In this document: piece by piece, positions 26,697-38,210 of the stretch
Layout: each line of letters begins with the position of its first letter
How positions within the stretch are numbered: position 1 is the stretch's first letter
Assembly (NCBI GenBank): GCA_013239625.1
Contig: MU054220.1
Span: 4,093,374 to 4,157,373, forward strand
Direction of reading: 5' to 3'
Length of the DNA stretch: 64,000 nt
Source: Lama guanicoe
Lineage: Eukaryota
The notes under the pieces: generated by a model
Told to the model about the DNA's origin: nothing
Database searches by the model: none
The model's input: only the letters and a program-made list of their open reading frames with translations
Made by a program: the position numbers and the translations under genes

Positions 26697-27020
26697 TCCA
26701 CTCCTTCATTCATTTGACAGACACATGTTAAACATCTACTGGGTCCCAGGCGCTGTGCCCAGCTGGGGAGCATGGATGGGGAAGAGTGTTGTGATCACAG
26801 CCCCCATGGAGCAGACACTGTGGTCAGAGAGAAAAGACAAGATGCTAGATGGAATATGGGAGTCAGGAGGCCGATTTGGAGAAAATGGTGGAGGAAGCTC
26901 TTCCTGGATCTGAAGAGCAAGAGGAGGAGGAAGAGTGGAGAGCTAGAAAGATGGGCATGCCGGCAGGGAGACCGCTATGCCCGAGGTCCTGAGGGGGAAA
27001 GACACTGGTGTGTTCAGAGA
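26697..27020 (-). mobile_element. L2 3' fragment
   Basis: ttcattcatttgacagacacatgttaaacatctactggg...cccccatggagc. Confidence 0.7.
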
Positions 27021-27385
27021 CCTGATGGCAATCAAGCCCAGTTAGACCCACGCAATTGCCAAACAGTAACCAGTCTGAGCATATCAAATAAAGAAGGGGT
27101 CATACTTACAGTGGTTCACTTATAGACTGGTACAATCATTCTGGAAAATTTTGGTATTACCTCCTAAAGTTGAACATTTAAACCTCTGATCCAGAATATT
27201 CAACTCCTGTTATACACTCAAGAGAAACTCTTGCAACTGGCAGGACATGTCTATGAGTGGTTTCACAGCCCCACTGGTCATGAGAACAAAGTGCCAAAAG
27301 CAACCCAAATGCTCAACTATGGATGAATCAATGTAGGGAATTCACAAAGTGGAATATTATACAGTTGTCAAAATATGTGAACCAG

Positions 27386-27700
27386 AGAGGAACTATTGCA
27401 GATCAGAGGAGACTAAGGAAATGTGCAACTAAATGCAACGTGGTGTCCTAGATTAGACTCTGGAGTAGGAAAAAGGACATTAGAGGGAAAACTGGTGAGA
27501 TCCAAATAAAGTCTGTAGTTTAGTTACTACTATTGAACCAGTGTTAATTTCTTAGTCTTGATAAAGGTTCTGTGGTCATGTAAGATGCTGTTATTAGGGA
27601 AGCAGGGGGAAGGATAGATGGGAATTCTGTACATTTTGGCAACTTTCATATAAGTCTGAAATTATTTCAAAATAAAAAGTTAAAACAGAATTAAAAAAAA
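27386..27700 (+). mobile_element. L1M 3' end with polyA, inserted into an older L1, with 15-bp TSD
   Basis: caactaaatgcaacgtgg...gcaactttcatataagtctgaaattatttcaaaataaaaag and A-tail; aaatatgtgaaccag (27371-27385) / aaataagtgaaccag (27701-27715). Confidence 0.85.
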
Positions 27701-27757
27701 AAATAAGTGAACCAGGGCAACACACCATAACATGGATGAATCTTAACAATAGAATAT

Positions 27758-28054
27758 TGTCATGGTCCAAATGTTTATGTCTCTCCAAAATTCATGTGTT
27801 GAAAAACCTAATGCCCAAGGTGATTTGGAGTGGGATTAGTGCCTTTGTAAAAAGAGCTAGCTCACCCCTTCCACCACGTGCAGACACAACCAAAAGAATT
27901 CTGCAACCATGAAGAGGGCTCTCACCAGAGCCTGATCATGCTGGCAACTTCTCTCAGACTTCCAGCCTTGAGAGCTGTGAGAAAGAATTTTCTGTTGTTT
28001 ATAAGCTACCCAGTCTATGGTATTTTGTTATAGCAGCCCAAACAGAGTAAGGCA
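27758..28054 (+). mobile_element. MaLR solo LTR, MLT1A0-like, with perfect TSD AATAT
   Basis: tgtcatggtccaaatgtttatgtctctccaaaattcatgtgttg...tttgttatagcagcccaaacagagtaaggca; AATAT at 27753-27757 and 28055-28059. Confidence 0.9.
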
Positions 28055-28974
28055 AATATTACGTGAGAAAAGTAAGTTCCAAAAAGATTACATGGCAGCA
28101 TAATAACCATCTTTATAAAGATTAAGAGAGCTAAAATAAAAAGATATGCAGGGCTAATCCTATGATGAATAAACTGTGTGAACTTGGGCGACTCGCTCAG
28201 TTTCTCAGCTGGAAGTAGAGCTTGTAGCCCCAGCTCTGCTTCGCTGGAACACTGCTCTGTTATTAACACAACAGATTCTCTTTAACAGAGTTCCACTCAC
28301 CTGGTTCATGGGATGAGCCTGTATTCTCTCTGCCCTTGCAAACATCTGAGTGATGAGGGTGGCACGTGGAAGGTGAATGGCGGTGGTTAACATGCCCCTG
28401 AACTTCTGCCCCATCACTGAGTTCCAGCCTTATCAGGAGGCAGTTGTGTGGGTACCACACCTGTTTGTGTATATCCCTTAAGCTTGATATCATGGCCTTG
28501 AACTAAATAAGAGGAAAATCATGATGAAACGAAAGAAAGATAATGTGTCCATATTTATTGAATGTGTGGAAAGATTTTTTTAAAAGGGTGAGTCCCCCAA
28601 AATAATTGCCTTCAAATTATAGGTGAAGAAGACAACTGTAAAAGATGAAGGTGGGGTTTATAAAAATCCAGGATCCTGCCCTTAGATTATTTCCAAGTAT
28701 CTGTAAATTTTCTCTTCTTTTTAAAGAAGTGGAAACACTGTATCATGGTTGTGCTTTATGCAAGAAAGAGGAAGAGAATGCCAATAAGCAAAAACCTGTA
28801 AGCCAAGAAAACTCTTGCCCCGACTTCAACATGGATGACCATTTGTGGTCTTACCCAAGACAAAATGTGTATAACTGTTAGGATTCCCCCCTGACCACCT
28901 GCTTTGATTGCCTAAGAGATTCTGGACAGATGGTATCACATGAGGCTTCTCTTCTCGAATGACTTCTCTAAACA

Positions 28975-29270
28975 AAACACCCACTATGCATCAAGCATTA
29001 AGTGCTTTACGTGTGGCATTTACAATCCTTCCACTTAGTTACTATTAATTCCATTTTATAGATGAAGAAACTGAGGCTTAGGATTCATAGTGATGATCCT
29101 AGTGTGGATGAAAATCGTGGAATAGTGTTGTTTCCAGTGTCTCCCCAAGGGTAACAGACAGAGGCCTGGATTATAGCACTTGCTCTGCTCTCAATCACTG
29201 TCTATGACCCTAGGTGGCTTCCTTTCTCTCTGGCCTTAGTGATCTCCAGTGGGAAGTAGAGGGTTTGTAC
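28975..29270. mobile_element. Opposed MIR fragments
   Basis: ccattttatagatgaagaaactgaggct (minus); tatgaccctaggtggcttcctttctctctggccttagt (plus). Confidence 0.65.
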
Positions 29271-29271
29271 T

Positions 29272-29782
29272 TGTATTGGTTATCTACTGCTGCATAACAA
29301 ATTTCCCTCTCAAACATAGTGGCTTAAAACAACAATACTTACTATCGCAAAGTCTCTGAGGGTCAGGAATCTGGTCAAGGCTACTCTGAGTCCTCTGGCT
29401 CAGGGCCTCTCACAGGCTACAGCTAAGCTGTCCTCCTGGGTGTGGTCCTCCTAAGGCTCACCTGGGGAAGGATCTCCTTCCAAGCTCACTCACGTGGTTA
29501 TTTGCAGGATTCTTCTGTCCTGGCTGTCGGCTCCTCACCATGTGGGCATCTCCAGAGGGCAGCCAGCTTCATCAGTGTGAACCGGGGACAGAAAGCAGGA
29601 GAGTACCTGTAAGACGGCAATTACAGTCTTTTCTAACCCAGTCTCAGAGGTGACATCCCATCACTTTTGCAAATTCTATTAATTAGCAGTAGGTCACTAG
29701 GGGCAGCTCACACTTGCGGGAGGGCGTGACACAGGGTGTGAACACCAGCAAGTGGGAATCACTTTAGAAACCATCCACCACA
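29272..29782 (-). mobile_element. MaLR solo LTR, MLT1F-like
   Basis: tgtattggttatctactgctgcataacaaat...agtggcttaaaacaac...gtgacatcccatcacttttgc...ccaccaca; flanks GTACT / GTGCT. Confidence 0.85.
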
Positions 29783-30591
29783 GTGCTTGATCTCGCAGAG
29801 GCCTGTCAAGTTCCTGGATTCTTTGAGAGAAAGTTCCCCCCAAGGATCTGGTTAGATTGACTTAGGAGCCATGGAAAGATCTGGGAGGAAATAAGGGGAG
29901 AGGTACATGCCAGAGATGCCTCCTCCTTGGCTCTAGCATCTTCTACGAGCATTATGCCTTGCTGGTCCCTGCTGCTTCCACCCTCTGCAGGGCTCCTCTT
30001 CACTCTGTGCCAGATGAGACCACAAGATGCTGGTAGATGGAGGTGCGAGTGCCAGGTGGCAACCTGGAGGAGCTGTCGCTATTCTGTGAGTGCCAGGAAC
30101 TAGAGAGGCTCTTTAGTGAATCATTTTGGAGAAGGAATGAAAAGGAAAAAACCAAGGCAGACCATTTAAATGTCCAAAATGAGAAAGAAACATGAAGAAA
30201 AGAGGAAGCCACCTGAAAATCTATGAAGATGCACTGATCAAGATGTTGCAGAGAAAGGCAGGTCCCAAAGAGCCAAGCCCTCAGTGACTTAGCCACACAT
30301 CACCTGTGAGCTCTTCCTTCTGATCCCGTGCAGCACGCACTACTGCAACCCCCAGGGAGCTGGTTAATGTATGTGGGGCAGAGGAGCCGTGTTGTGGAGC
30401 CGGGAGAACCCTCTGCTTCTTCCTTCACTGACCCTCAGCTCTTCTAAGAGTCACGTTTATACACCCATTGAAAGGAAAGAGCAAGTTAAGGTCTGACTAT
30501 ATTAAAGTGAACTTGTAGACATCACTGACCTGAGCAAGTGAGAATGTCCTGCAGTGAAAATCAGTGTAGCCATCAAGAATACATGTGTGTT

Positions 30592-30854
30592 GGAGTGCTG
30601 GCTATATTCAAAATCGCAGATACTATGAGCTCAGAATTGGTACTTGACATACATCGAACATCAACACTGTTGCTTTAGAGTAACATTTTAAAATTAACAA
30701 AATCTGGTTCCCTGAATCTAATATACCTGAAAAGACTTAATATGTAAAACATTAATATGTAAATATCAGTTATTAACATTACTTCTTTTAAAGTGATGTA
30801 TTGGACTCTCAAAAAAGTCAATAAAATTGACTCTGAGTAAAAAAAAAATTTTTA
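30592..30854 (+). pseudogene. 5'-truncated retrocopy (processed transcript 3' end or orphan L1 transduction), source unidentified
   Basis: Perfect 17-bp TSD aagaatacatgtgtgtt at 30575-30591 and 30855-30871; AATAAA at 30820-30825; A-tract 30839-30848; AT-rich body not matching any repeat I recognise. Confidence 0.85.
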
Positions 30855-31424
30855 AAGAATACATGTGTGTTTCAGTGTCTTTTTTGTGCAGGAGAAAAAT
30901 AAACAAGTAAAACTCCACTGCAAGTTAGTATTTTTATGTATTTATATTCCCTGTAATTCACAAAAAGTCTTGACTGTTTCCTAGGAAGCCCTTGGCTCTA
31001 ACGAGGCTGGGTAGTGAGGATGAAAACTTGAACTTGTAACTTTGAAGCATGACTCTGCAATAAAAAGCCTGTCTAATCTCGCCTGTATCCTCCATCCCAC
31101 CACGATTCCTGGTGCTGTTTGTCTCTAGCACGTTTCAGAGCAGCATGACTGGCCTGTGCCAATCAAAGCACTCACAGCCCAGTTCAGGTGACCATGACAG
31201 GGCAGTTCTGGGCTTTTCCTGGCTGCATGGCCAGGGCAAAGCACGTCAGCAATATCCCTAGGAAATCCTACACTGCACCAAGAAGGCACGTACCAGGTGA
31301 TAAACTTCCAGAGAGGGCTTGGCTACGTGCATCCTTGGGACTTGGGTCAGGCTTAGTCTCTGGCCTGAGGACTTTGTCCAAATCAGAGTTTCCCAGTGTG
31401 TCCACTGGTTCCACAGGGTGTCAA

Positions 31425-31555
31425 TGAGATTGATGGGAGCATGTCAGCTCCTTGAGGGCTGGGGCTTTGTCTGCCTTCTCTACTGTTGTATCCCCAGCAC
31501 CTGAAAGTGTGTCTGGCACATAGCAGGCTCTCAATAACTCTTTGTTGAATGACTC
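31425..31555 (+). mobile_element. L2 3' end
   Basis: tgtcagctccttgagggctgggg...tctggcacatagcaggctctcaataactctttgttgaatga. Confidence 0.85.
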
Positions 31556-31749
31556 TGAGATGAGGGTTCCATAGTCCAGTAAGTATGGGAAACACGTGGC
31601 AAACCAAGATAAACCAATTTCTTTTTAGAATCTTCAATAAACTAATGTGTACTCTGAGGAGCCAAGAAGGGGTAGAGATGCAAGGTTTTCCAGATTCACT
31701 GGACCGTGGAATCCTTTCAGCAGAGGACCTTGTAGAGCATGGGTTCTAC

Positions 31750-32212
31750 AGCCTGGAGCCACAGCTGTCAAATCTGCCCTTCTAGGTCTCTCTCTTTACC
31801 TTCATCTGAGTTCCTCTTGAGAGAAAGAAGACAGCTATGTGGGTTCATGGCTTTGGTTTCAGGCAGGTTCTCCTCAAGGGACATCAGAATTATCCACCAT
31901 CCTCTTCAAGTTTACATTCCACCAGTTTAGCAATCCCAGAGGAAAGAGGGCTGCATAAATCCCAGCTAGGGCTCTCATTGGCCCAGCCTGGATCACGTGA
32001 CCATCGTTGAACCAATTGCCTGGCTAGAGAATGAAGTGTTCCAATTGGGCAGGCCTGATCACATACCCAGTCTTGGAACCTAGACAGAGTCAGGTCTATC
32101 TGAACCTCGTAAACCAATGGTTCTCTTGAGAAAAATCTCAATCCTATTACCAGAGAAAAAGGGAGGGGAGACAGAGATAATGCAGGGCAGGGAAAACAAG
32201 GAATGCCCCCAG
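31750..32212 (-). mobile_element. MaLR LTR, MLT1K-like
   Basis: ctctcattggcccagcctggatcacgtgaccatcgttgaaccaat...attgggcaggcctgatcacat. Confidence 0.7.
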
Positions 32213-32364
32213 CGTCTATACGGAGTGCTGGCATCTGGGTGGAGGCTCTGGGGTGGTGGTTTAAGGCTTCCTGTCCTATTCCCCAAAGGACGGCAGTGTA
32301 CGGAGAATGGTAGTAACAGTTAGGCTTGATCTGGGGCCAAGAGGAAAGAAAATGAAAATGACAC

Positions 32365-33115
32365 ATCACATTTAAACCTCACAACAGCCCTGAGAATTAG
32401 GTACTGCTATTATCCCATTTTACAGATGAGGAAACTGAAGTTAAGAGAGATGAAGTCACTTGTCCAAGATCATGAAGATAACAAGGGGCACGGGAGGGTA
32501 GATGAGGTGTACGTGTGTGTGCAGTGGAGGCTGGAAATCAGTGGAGAGAAACTTATGTTTTCCAGGCTGTACCTTGGGATTCCGCAGCTTCTGAAACCCT
32601 GAATTTCAGAACTTTCAAGACTGTCCCAACAGATACTCCAAGGGAGAGGAGAGACACTTCAAGAGGGCTGCCCTGGGTTTTGGAGGCTTCAGTTCAGATC
32701 TACAATGTCGCGGTAGTGGTTTGTAACTTAAGCCACCACCATCAGAGTCAGCAGAACGAGGAAGCAGCCCCTCTGCCTCTTTCTCACCAAGGAACCCCTC
32801 CTCTCCATTGCATGGGGGTGGCGGGGAAGGAGGGCTGGAGGACAGGATGAGAAGGATCCGGAACCTCTGGGGCATCTATAGCCTTTGAGAGCCTGGTGCC
32901 CAAAGGGGAGACGGGCACTAACACTGCAAGCAGACAGCCCTGCGTTCAAGTCTCAGCTGTGCCCCTACTGTCAGCGTGACCTTGACAGTCTCCCTTAGCA
33001 TCTCTGTGCCCCAGTGTCCTCACTTATAAAATGAAGATAATACTAGTACCTGTCTCAGAATTCTTGAAGGACTAAATGTGATCCTGAATGTAATGTGCTT
33101 CACACATAGTGTACA
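32365..33115. mobile_element. MIR (minus, about 32365-32490) and MIR (plus, about 32900-33115)
   Basis: cccattttacagatgaggaaactgaag; tctctgtgccccagtgtcctcacttataaaatgaagataatactagtacct. Confidence 0.8.
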
Positions 33116-33989
33116 TATTTTCATTTTTCCCCTTGAGAATCACCTGAGAATATATGGGGCATCTTTCAGAAGATCCAGAACCTTCCATGGTCTGTTGCCA
33201 GGATAACTACTTTGGGACAGTTTCCTTAGCTGGTCCCTTGACCAGCTGCTTGCCCTATGGGCTTGATAAACAGAAAAGATGGACCCCTTTCTGTGGCATC
33301 ACACATGGACCCCCAGGTTTGCAATGACCGCTTGTCATGGGCCACACGTCAGTGTCCACCCTACACCTGATATCAGCTATGAAGATAATGAGGAGAGGGG
33401 TCACTAGGGCCTCTTCACACTGTTTGATTTCTGCTCTGTCCTGTCCCAAGCCCCCCAGTGCTAAGAGGGCAGCTGCCTGGACCTCAGGGTCAGGGTGCAT
33501 CCCGGGTGAGTAACCGGCTCTGCTTAGATGCTCTGTGGAGACGCTCCTCCATTGCTCCTTCGAAACTTGGAGGTGGGGCACTCGCCCGGAGCCCCACTTT
33601 CCTACAACTCATCCTTATGCCCAGCAACCCAGCAGCTCCCAACAACCAGAGAGGGGAGTGCCTGGGCAAATGAAGCCAAAATGAGTCACTAAGTCCAGGA
33701 ATTTGATGTAGCCGATACGACTGAAGATGGAGGTGAACAGGAAAGACCCTGGACTCAGGGAGGCAAGCAGAAGGATGAAGTGGAAGTCCACAGCTGGGAG
33801 AGGGAACCTCCAGCTCCCTTGCCCAACTCAACTTTCAGAACCCAGGGACCCCAGCTTTTCCCCTCCCCCTCAACCAGCTGAAAGATTGGATACTCCGTCT
33901 CTGTGGGGACCTTTGGCCAAGGGCAAAGACCCAGAGATACTGCTCTGGAGAACCCTCAGCCAGGTTCTCTCTGGGTCCTTCTCCAATAA

Positions 33990-35940
33990 TCCTACACAAA
34001 TTCTTTCCATTCACACAGACCTCCAGTCTGCTTTACAGAGTTTCACTCATATACAGACAGACACCATCACCAACGACCTGAGAAATCCTCTAGCAGGAAA
34101 AGCAGATAACAAAACAAACACAAGTGGAGGAAGAGGAGGATGAAGGGGAAGAGGAGGAGAAAGGGAATTAGAGGAAACAATTAATTCATGGAGCAAAATA
34201 AAATGTCAAAAATTATTGTTTACATCCTCAGAACATATGGGAAGATATTTCATCCATGAAAATACAGACAGCTATAAAAAGGAACACATTTAGAAACAGC
34301 TATTTGAAATTAAAAATGAAAGCTAAAATAACATAGTCAATAGAAATAAAAATAAGGAAATAATTCAGAGAACAAAAAGAGATGGAAATTATGAGGAAAA
34401 AAAGCAAAAATTAGTGGGTCAAACCAGGAATTTAACAACCAACTTACAGGCATTCCAGAAAAAGAGTGTTGAGAAAATGTCAGGGTGGGAGGGGTGGATA
34501 TTGATAATAAAAAATAAAGATAAAGATAAAGATAATACATGAAAGTTTCCTCAAACTGAAGGCCATAGACTTTGGGGGAAACATTATTTGCTAAGATAAT
34601 AGATGAAAACAAAAATCATTGAGGGATGTCATCAGGAAATTTCAGAACTTCCATGATAAAGAGATCCTAAAGACTTTCAAAAACAAAAAAGTAAATTTAG
34701 AAAAAGAACAGAACAGTATCGAACTTTTCAATAGCAACCCAAATCTCTAGAGAACAATAAAGGAATGACCTAAAAATTCTGAGGAAAAGTTATTTCCAAC
34801 CTAGGATGAACTTCTATCCAAACTATCAATCAAACAACAGAGTAGCATGATAACATTTTTAAGAGTACGAATTCATTCAAACTACCTCCCATACATTCTT
34901 TCTCAAGAAGCTACGACAGGATGTGCTCCACCAAAATGAAGGTGTAAACCAAGGGAAAGCAAACTATGGCCTGCAGGCCAAATTCAGCTTATCATATGTC
35001 TTTCTAAATAAAGTTTTATTGGAATATAGCCATGCCCATCCATTTACACGTTTTCTTTGGCTGCTTTCACACTTCAATAGTAGAGTCGAATAGTTGCGAG
35101 AGACCACTTAGATAGCCAATTCAAAAATATTTATTATCTGACCTTCCACAAAAATGTTTATCAGTCCTTGGAGTAAACCAAAAAACACAAACAAACAAAC
35201 AAACAAGCAAAACAGGTCTGGGATCCAACATAGTAGATGGGAGAAGGAAATTTCTAGAACTACAGCTATGCTCAAAGAGCAAACAGTGTCCATTAGAGCA
35301 GAAGATGGGGGTGCTCCAGGAGCTATATCTCCAGGAATTTAAAAACTAAAGGTGATAAGCTATCTAAGGTGCTAGCGGATACTAAGAGGAGTTTTAAAAC
35401 TCTGTCGGGGAGTTTAGGGAAGAATTATTGATAAGCACATAGAAAACTAAGAAAATGAACTTAAGAAGCAATTTAATCATTGTCAAACCATTGCAGAAAA
35501 AAAACACAAAATTATGCAAGAAAGAGAACAATGCTATTATTTCATATGGCTTAGCCACAAACAATATTTGCATAATCACGATCATTAAAAGTTGAATAAT
35601 GAATTTTACCAAAAATTGTGAAAAATTATTCAGGGGGGATGGAAGGAAAGGGTAACCCTGTGTGTGCATGCAACCGTGTATGAGTGTGTGGAAGTTAAGC
35701 TTCAGTAGAAGGACCGTGAATTATGAATAAAGCAGAAAAATCAAGGACTTCTAATGCAAGAGTATTATCTAGAGGCAAATGGAAGCAGCAAGTAAAAGAA
35801 CTGAAAAGGCTCGCTTCTGAGAAATGGAGAGGAGAGGGGCAGGTGACTGATATTTTTCACGTAACCTTTATTTGAATGCAAACCTTTTTTTAATGTAAAC
35901 TTTTAAAACCAGGTACATATATTACTTTTGAAAAATCGAC
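33990..35940 (+). mobile_element. HAL1 / L1 ORF1-like decayed element
   Basis: A-rich ORF1-like DNA: tttgaaattaaaaatg, aggcattccagaaa, aaaattctgaggaaaagttatttccaacctag, ggatgtgctccaccaaaatgaaggtgtaaacca; no ORF2 follows. Confidence 0.7.
34950..35170 (-). mobile_element. MER58A (hAT-Charlie) nested in HAL1, 8-bp TSD
   Basis: caagggaaagcaaactatggcctgcaggccaaat...taaataaagttttattggaa; flanks gtgtaaac (34942) / gagtaaac (35171). Confidence 0.9.
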
Positions 35941-35954
35941 ATTACCTCTCAAAA

Positions 35955-36125
35955 TAGTAAATAAGAAAGAAAAACAGCAAGGTCATAATGTATAGCACAG
36001 GGAACTATATTTAATACCTTGTAATAACCTATAATGAAAGAGAATATGGAAAGGAATATGTATGTATAACTGAATCACTATGCTGTACACCAGAAATTAA
36101 CACAGCATTGTAAACTGATTATTTA
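35955..36125 (+). mobile_element. Artiodactyl-type L1 3' end
   Basis: gtatagcacagggaactatatt...ataactgaatcactatgctgtacaccagaaattaacacagcattgtaaa. Confidence 0.9.
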
Positions 36126-36147
36126 AAAAGAAAGAGAGAAAGAAGGA

Positions 36148-36210
<63 letters not shown>

Positions 36211-36328
36211 GAAGGAAGGAAGGAAGGAAGGAAGGAAGGAAGGAAGGAAGGAAGGAAGGAAGGAAGGAAGGAAGAAAGGAAGGAAGGAAGGAAGGAAGGA
36301 GGAAGGAAGGAAGGAAGGAAGAAAAAAA
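36125..36328. repeat. Compound (GAAA)n(GGAA)n microsatellite at the L1 tail
   Basis: About 200 bp of uninterrupted purines. Confidence 0.97.
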
Positions 36329-36334
36329 GTTCCT

Positions 36335-36620
36335 TATTATCAAACACCATAAAGAAAATAAAGCAGATAATGAGGGGATGCTTCTTGAGATGGGTGGTCA
36401 CTGAAAGCCTTTTTGAGGAGGTGATCTTCGACTTAGTTCCACATGAAAAGGGTCAGCCATGTGAGGGGGGAAAGCATTCCAGACCAAGAAAACAGCACAG
36501 GCAAAGCCTCCAAGGTGAGACCAAGCTTGGATGTTTAAGGGACAGAAAGGCCAGTGTGTGTGCAGGGTGGAGAGCAGGAGAGGGGCTGGATTGAAGTTGA
36601 AGGAGAGAAAGGGAGACTGC
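36335..36620 (-). mobile_element. L2 fragment
   Basis: gggtggtcactgaaagcctttttgaggaggtgat...gcattccagaccaagaaaacagcacaggcaaagcc. Confidence 0.8.
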
Positions 36621-36799
36621 CTTGGGGTGATGTTGAGGAGGGGGTCTGGACAAGAAAGGTGGTCCAGGGTAGACATCGGAGCTGGTGAGGCCACATGGGA
36701 AACTCAAGTAGAAGGATGTTTAAAGCCATGGGGCCAGAGGAAATCAGCTAAGCAATGAGCAGTCAATTCAACTTTGTTTTCAAGAGTCCCTGTAGGGAG

Positions 36800-36882
36800 C
36801 AAAAAGAAAGGAAGGAAGGAAGGAAGGGAGGGAGGAGGGAGGGAGGGAGGGAAGGAGGGAAGGAAGGAAGGGAAGAAAAAAA
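36800..36882. repeat. GA-rich (GGAA/GGGA) simple repeat
   Basis: gaaggaaggaaggaagggagggaggagggagggagggagg. Confidence 0.9.
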
Positions 36883-36997
36883 TTCAGGCACGAGTGTCCT
36901 ATTCACATCCTACATGGATAAATATCAGAGAGAGGAGTTAACATTTCCTAATGAAGATTTCATCAATCACTTTCCACTGCAAACATATTCTCTTTTT

Positions 36998-37088
36998 TCT
37001 TTTTTTCCAGTGGAGGTGCTGAGAATTGAACCCAGGACCTCATGCATGCTAAGCATGCACTCTACCACTGAGCTATTACCACCTCCCC
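36998..37088 (-). mobile_element. tRNA-Ala(AGC)-derived SINE, camelid vic-1 type
   Basis: Minus strand ggggaggtggtaatagctcagtggtagagtgcatgcttagcatgcatgaggtcctgggttcaattctcagcacctcca plus A-rich tail; A and B boxes present; flanks attctcttttt / attctattttt. Confidence 0.85.
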
Positions 37089-38019
37089 ATTCTATTTTTC
37101 AAAGCAATTCCCCATCTACTCTCACTACCTCATTTCACTGACTGAACGAACAGATTGAGGTCAAGAAATGTAATTAGAAACACAACTTGTTGGCTAATTG
37201 TCCAACCTGCCCAAGGGCCCTTGCGAGCTCCTCCCCTCAGCGCCCACAGGCTCCGCCTCCCCTCAGCCTGCCCCGCCTCTTGACCTTTTGGTATCTTTTG
37301 GTTTTACTCTACTAGAATGCTTTACCGCTCTAGAATGCTTTCTTCTGCATTTTTGGTGGGACAAGCACCCCGAAACTTCACCACCAGAGTCTGAGTCCTC
37401 AGCCCTGTCTGCCCCAGGAGGGCAGGCGACCCACTCTGGTACAGAGAAGTAGGTTGAGAACAGAGGCCGAGAGCTGGGTACAGCTCCTGTACCCCTGGCT
37501 GGGGGAACCCCTGTCTCCTTCCTTTTTATACTTTGATGCATATTCTGATCCTGAAGGGCCTATTCCAGAGGGCAAGCTGGTATCAGCAACCTACCCAACA
37601 GCTGCCACACAGTAATGGCTCAAAATATTGTCTCAAATGAAAAAATAAGTCTTGTTTTTGTCCTACGTTTAGAGATCAGATACCAAATGAATTTTACACT
37701 ATGGTGTAAATGACTGATGTGTTAGAGATTTTTCTTGTTTTGTGTTTTATCCTTTAAGACCTTGCTCTGGGTCTGCCTCATCTAAGAAGCCTCCTTTAAC
37801 CACCCCAGCCCACAGCATTTCTCTTTTTTTTTTCCCTGAATTCAGATCTCTTGAGTGAGATAGTGTCTACACAACTTACACAGCCTAACTCATTCTCACA
37901 CACATCCAAAAAACAGACAATAGAACATGGGACAGGGTAAGCCCCATTTCCACAGCAGTACTAAAAACTCTTTTAACGGCGGGGACTATGTCTTCTGCTC
38001 TTTAATAATGCCCAGTTTA

Positions 38020-38210
38020 AAATCAGGACATGTCTGTTCAAATACCAACCCTGTCCACTACCTGTGTGACCCTGGGCAGGCTGCTCATCCTCTGTTTCCT
38101 CACTGATGGAGTGCGGAAGCACTATTAACTCTGTGGGCTCTTCTTAGGAATGACTATATAACTGCCTTGTAAACTGTCAAATGCTGAACAGATGTGAATT
38201 TACTAACTAC
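38020..38210 (+). mobile_element. MIR fragment
   Basis: ctgtgtgaccctgggcaggctgctcatcctctgtttcctca. Confidence 0.7.

Larger units (their letters stand above)
27060..28150 (+). mobile_element. Old L1 (L1M) ORF2-end / 3' UTR fragment that hosts two later insertions
   Basis: actggtacaatcattctggaaaa...caacccaaatgctcaac...gtggaatattatacag; resumes catggatgaatcttaacaa after the first insert and gagaaaagtaagttccaaaaaga after the second. Confidence 0.7.

Noticed and set aside
36119..36401. FLPS/FLSF-repeat ORFs
   Set aside because: Translation of the GAAA/GGAA microsatellite.
36998..37088. Functional tRNA-Ala gene
   Set aside because: Altered 5' end, A-rich tail and TSD indicate a SINE insertion.
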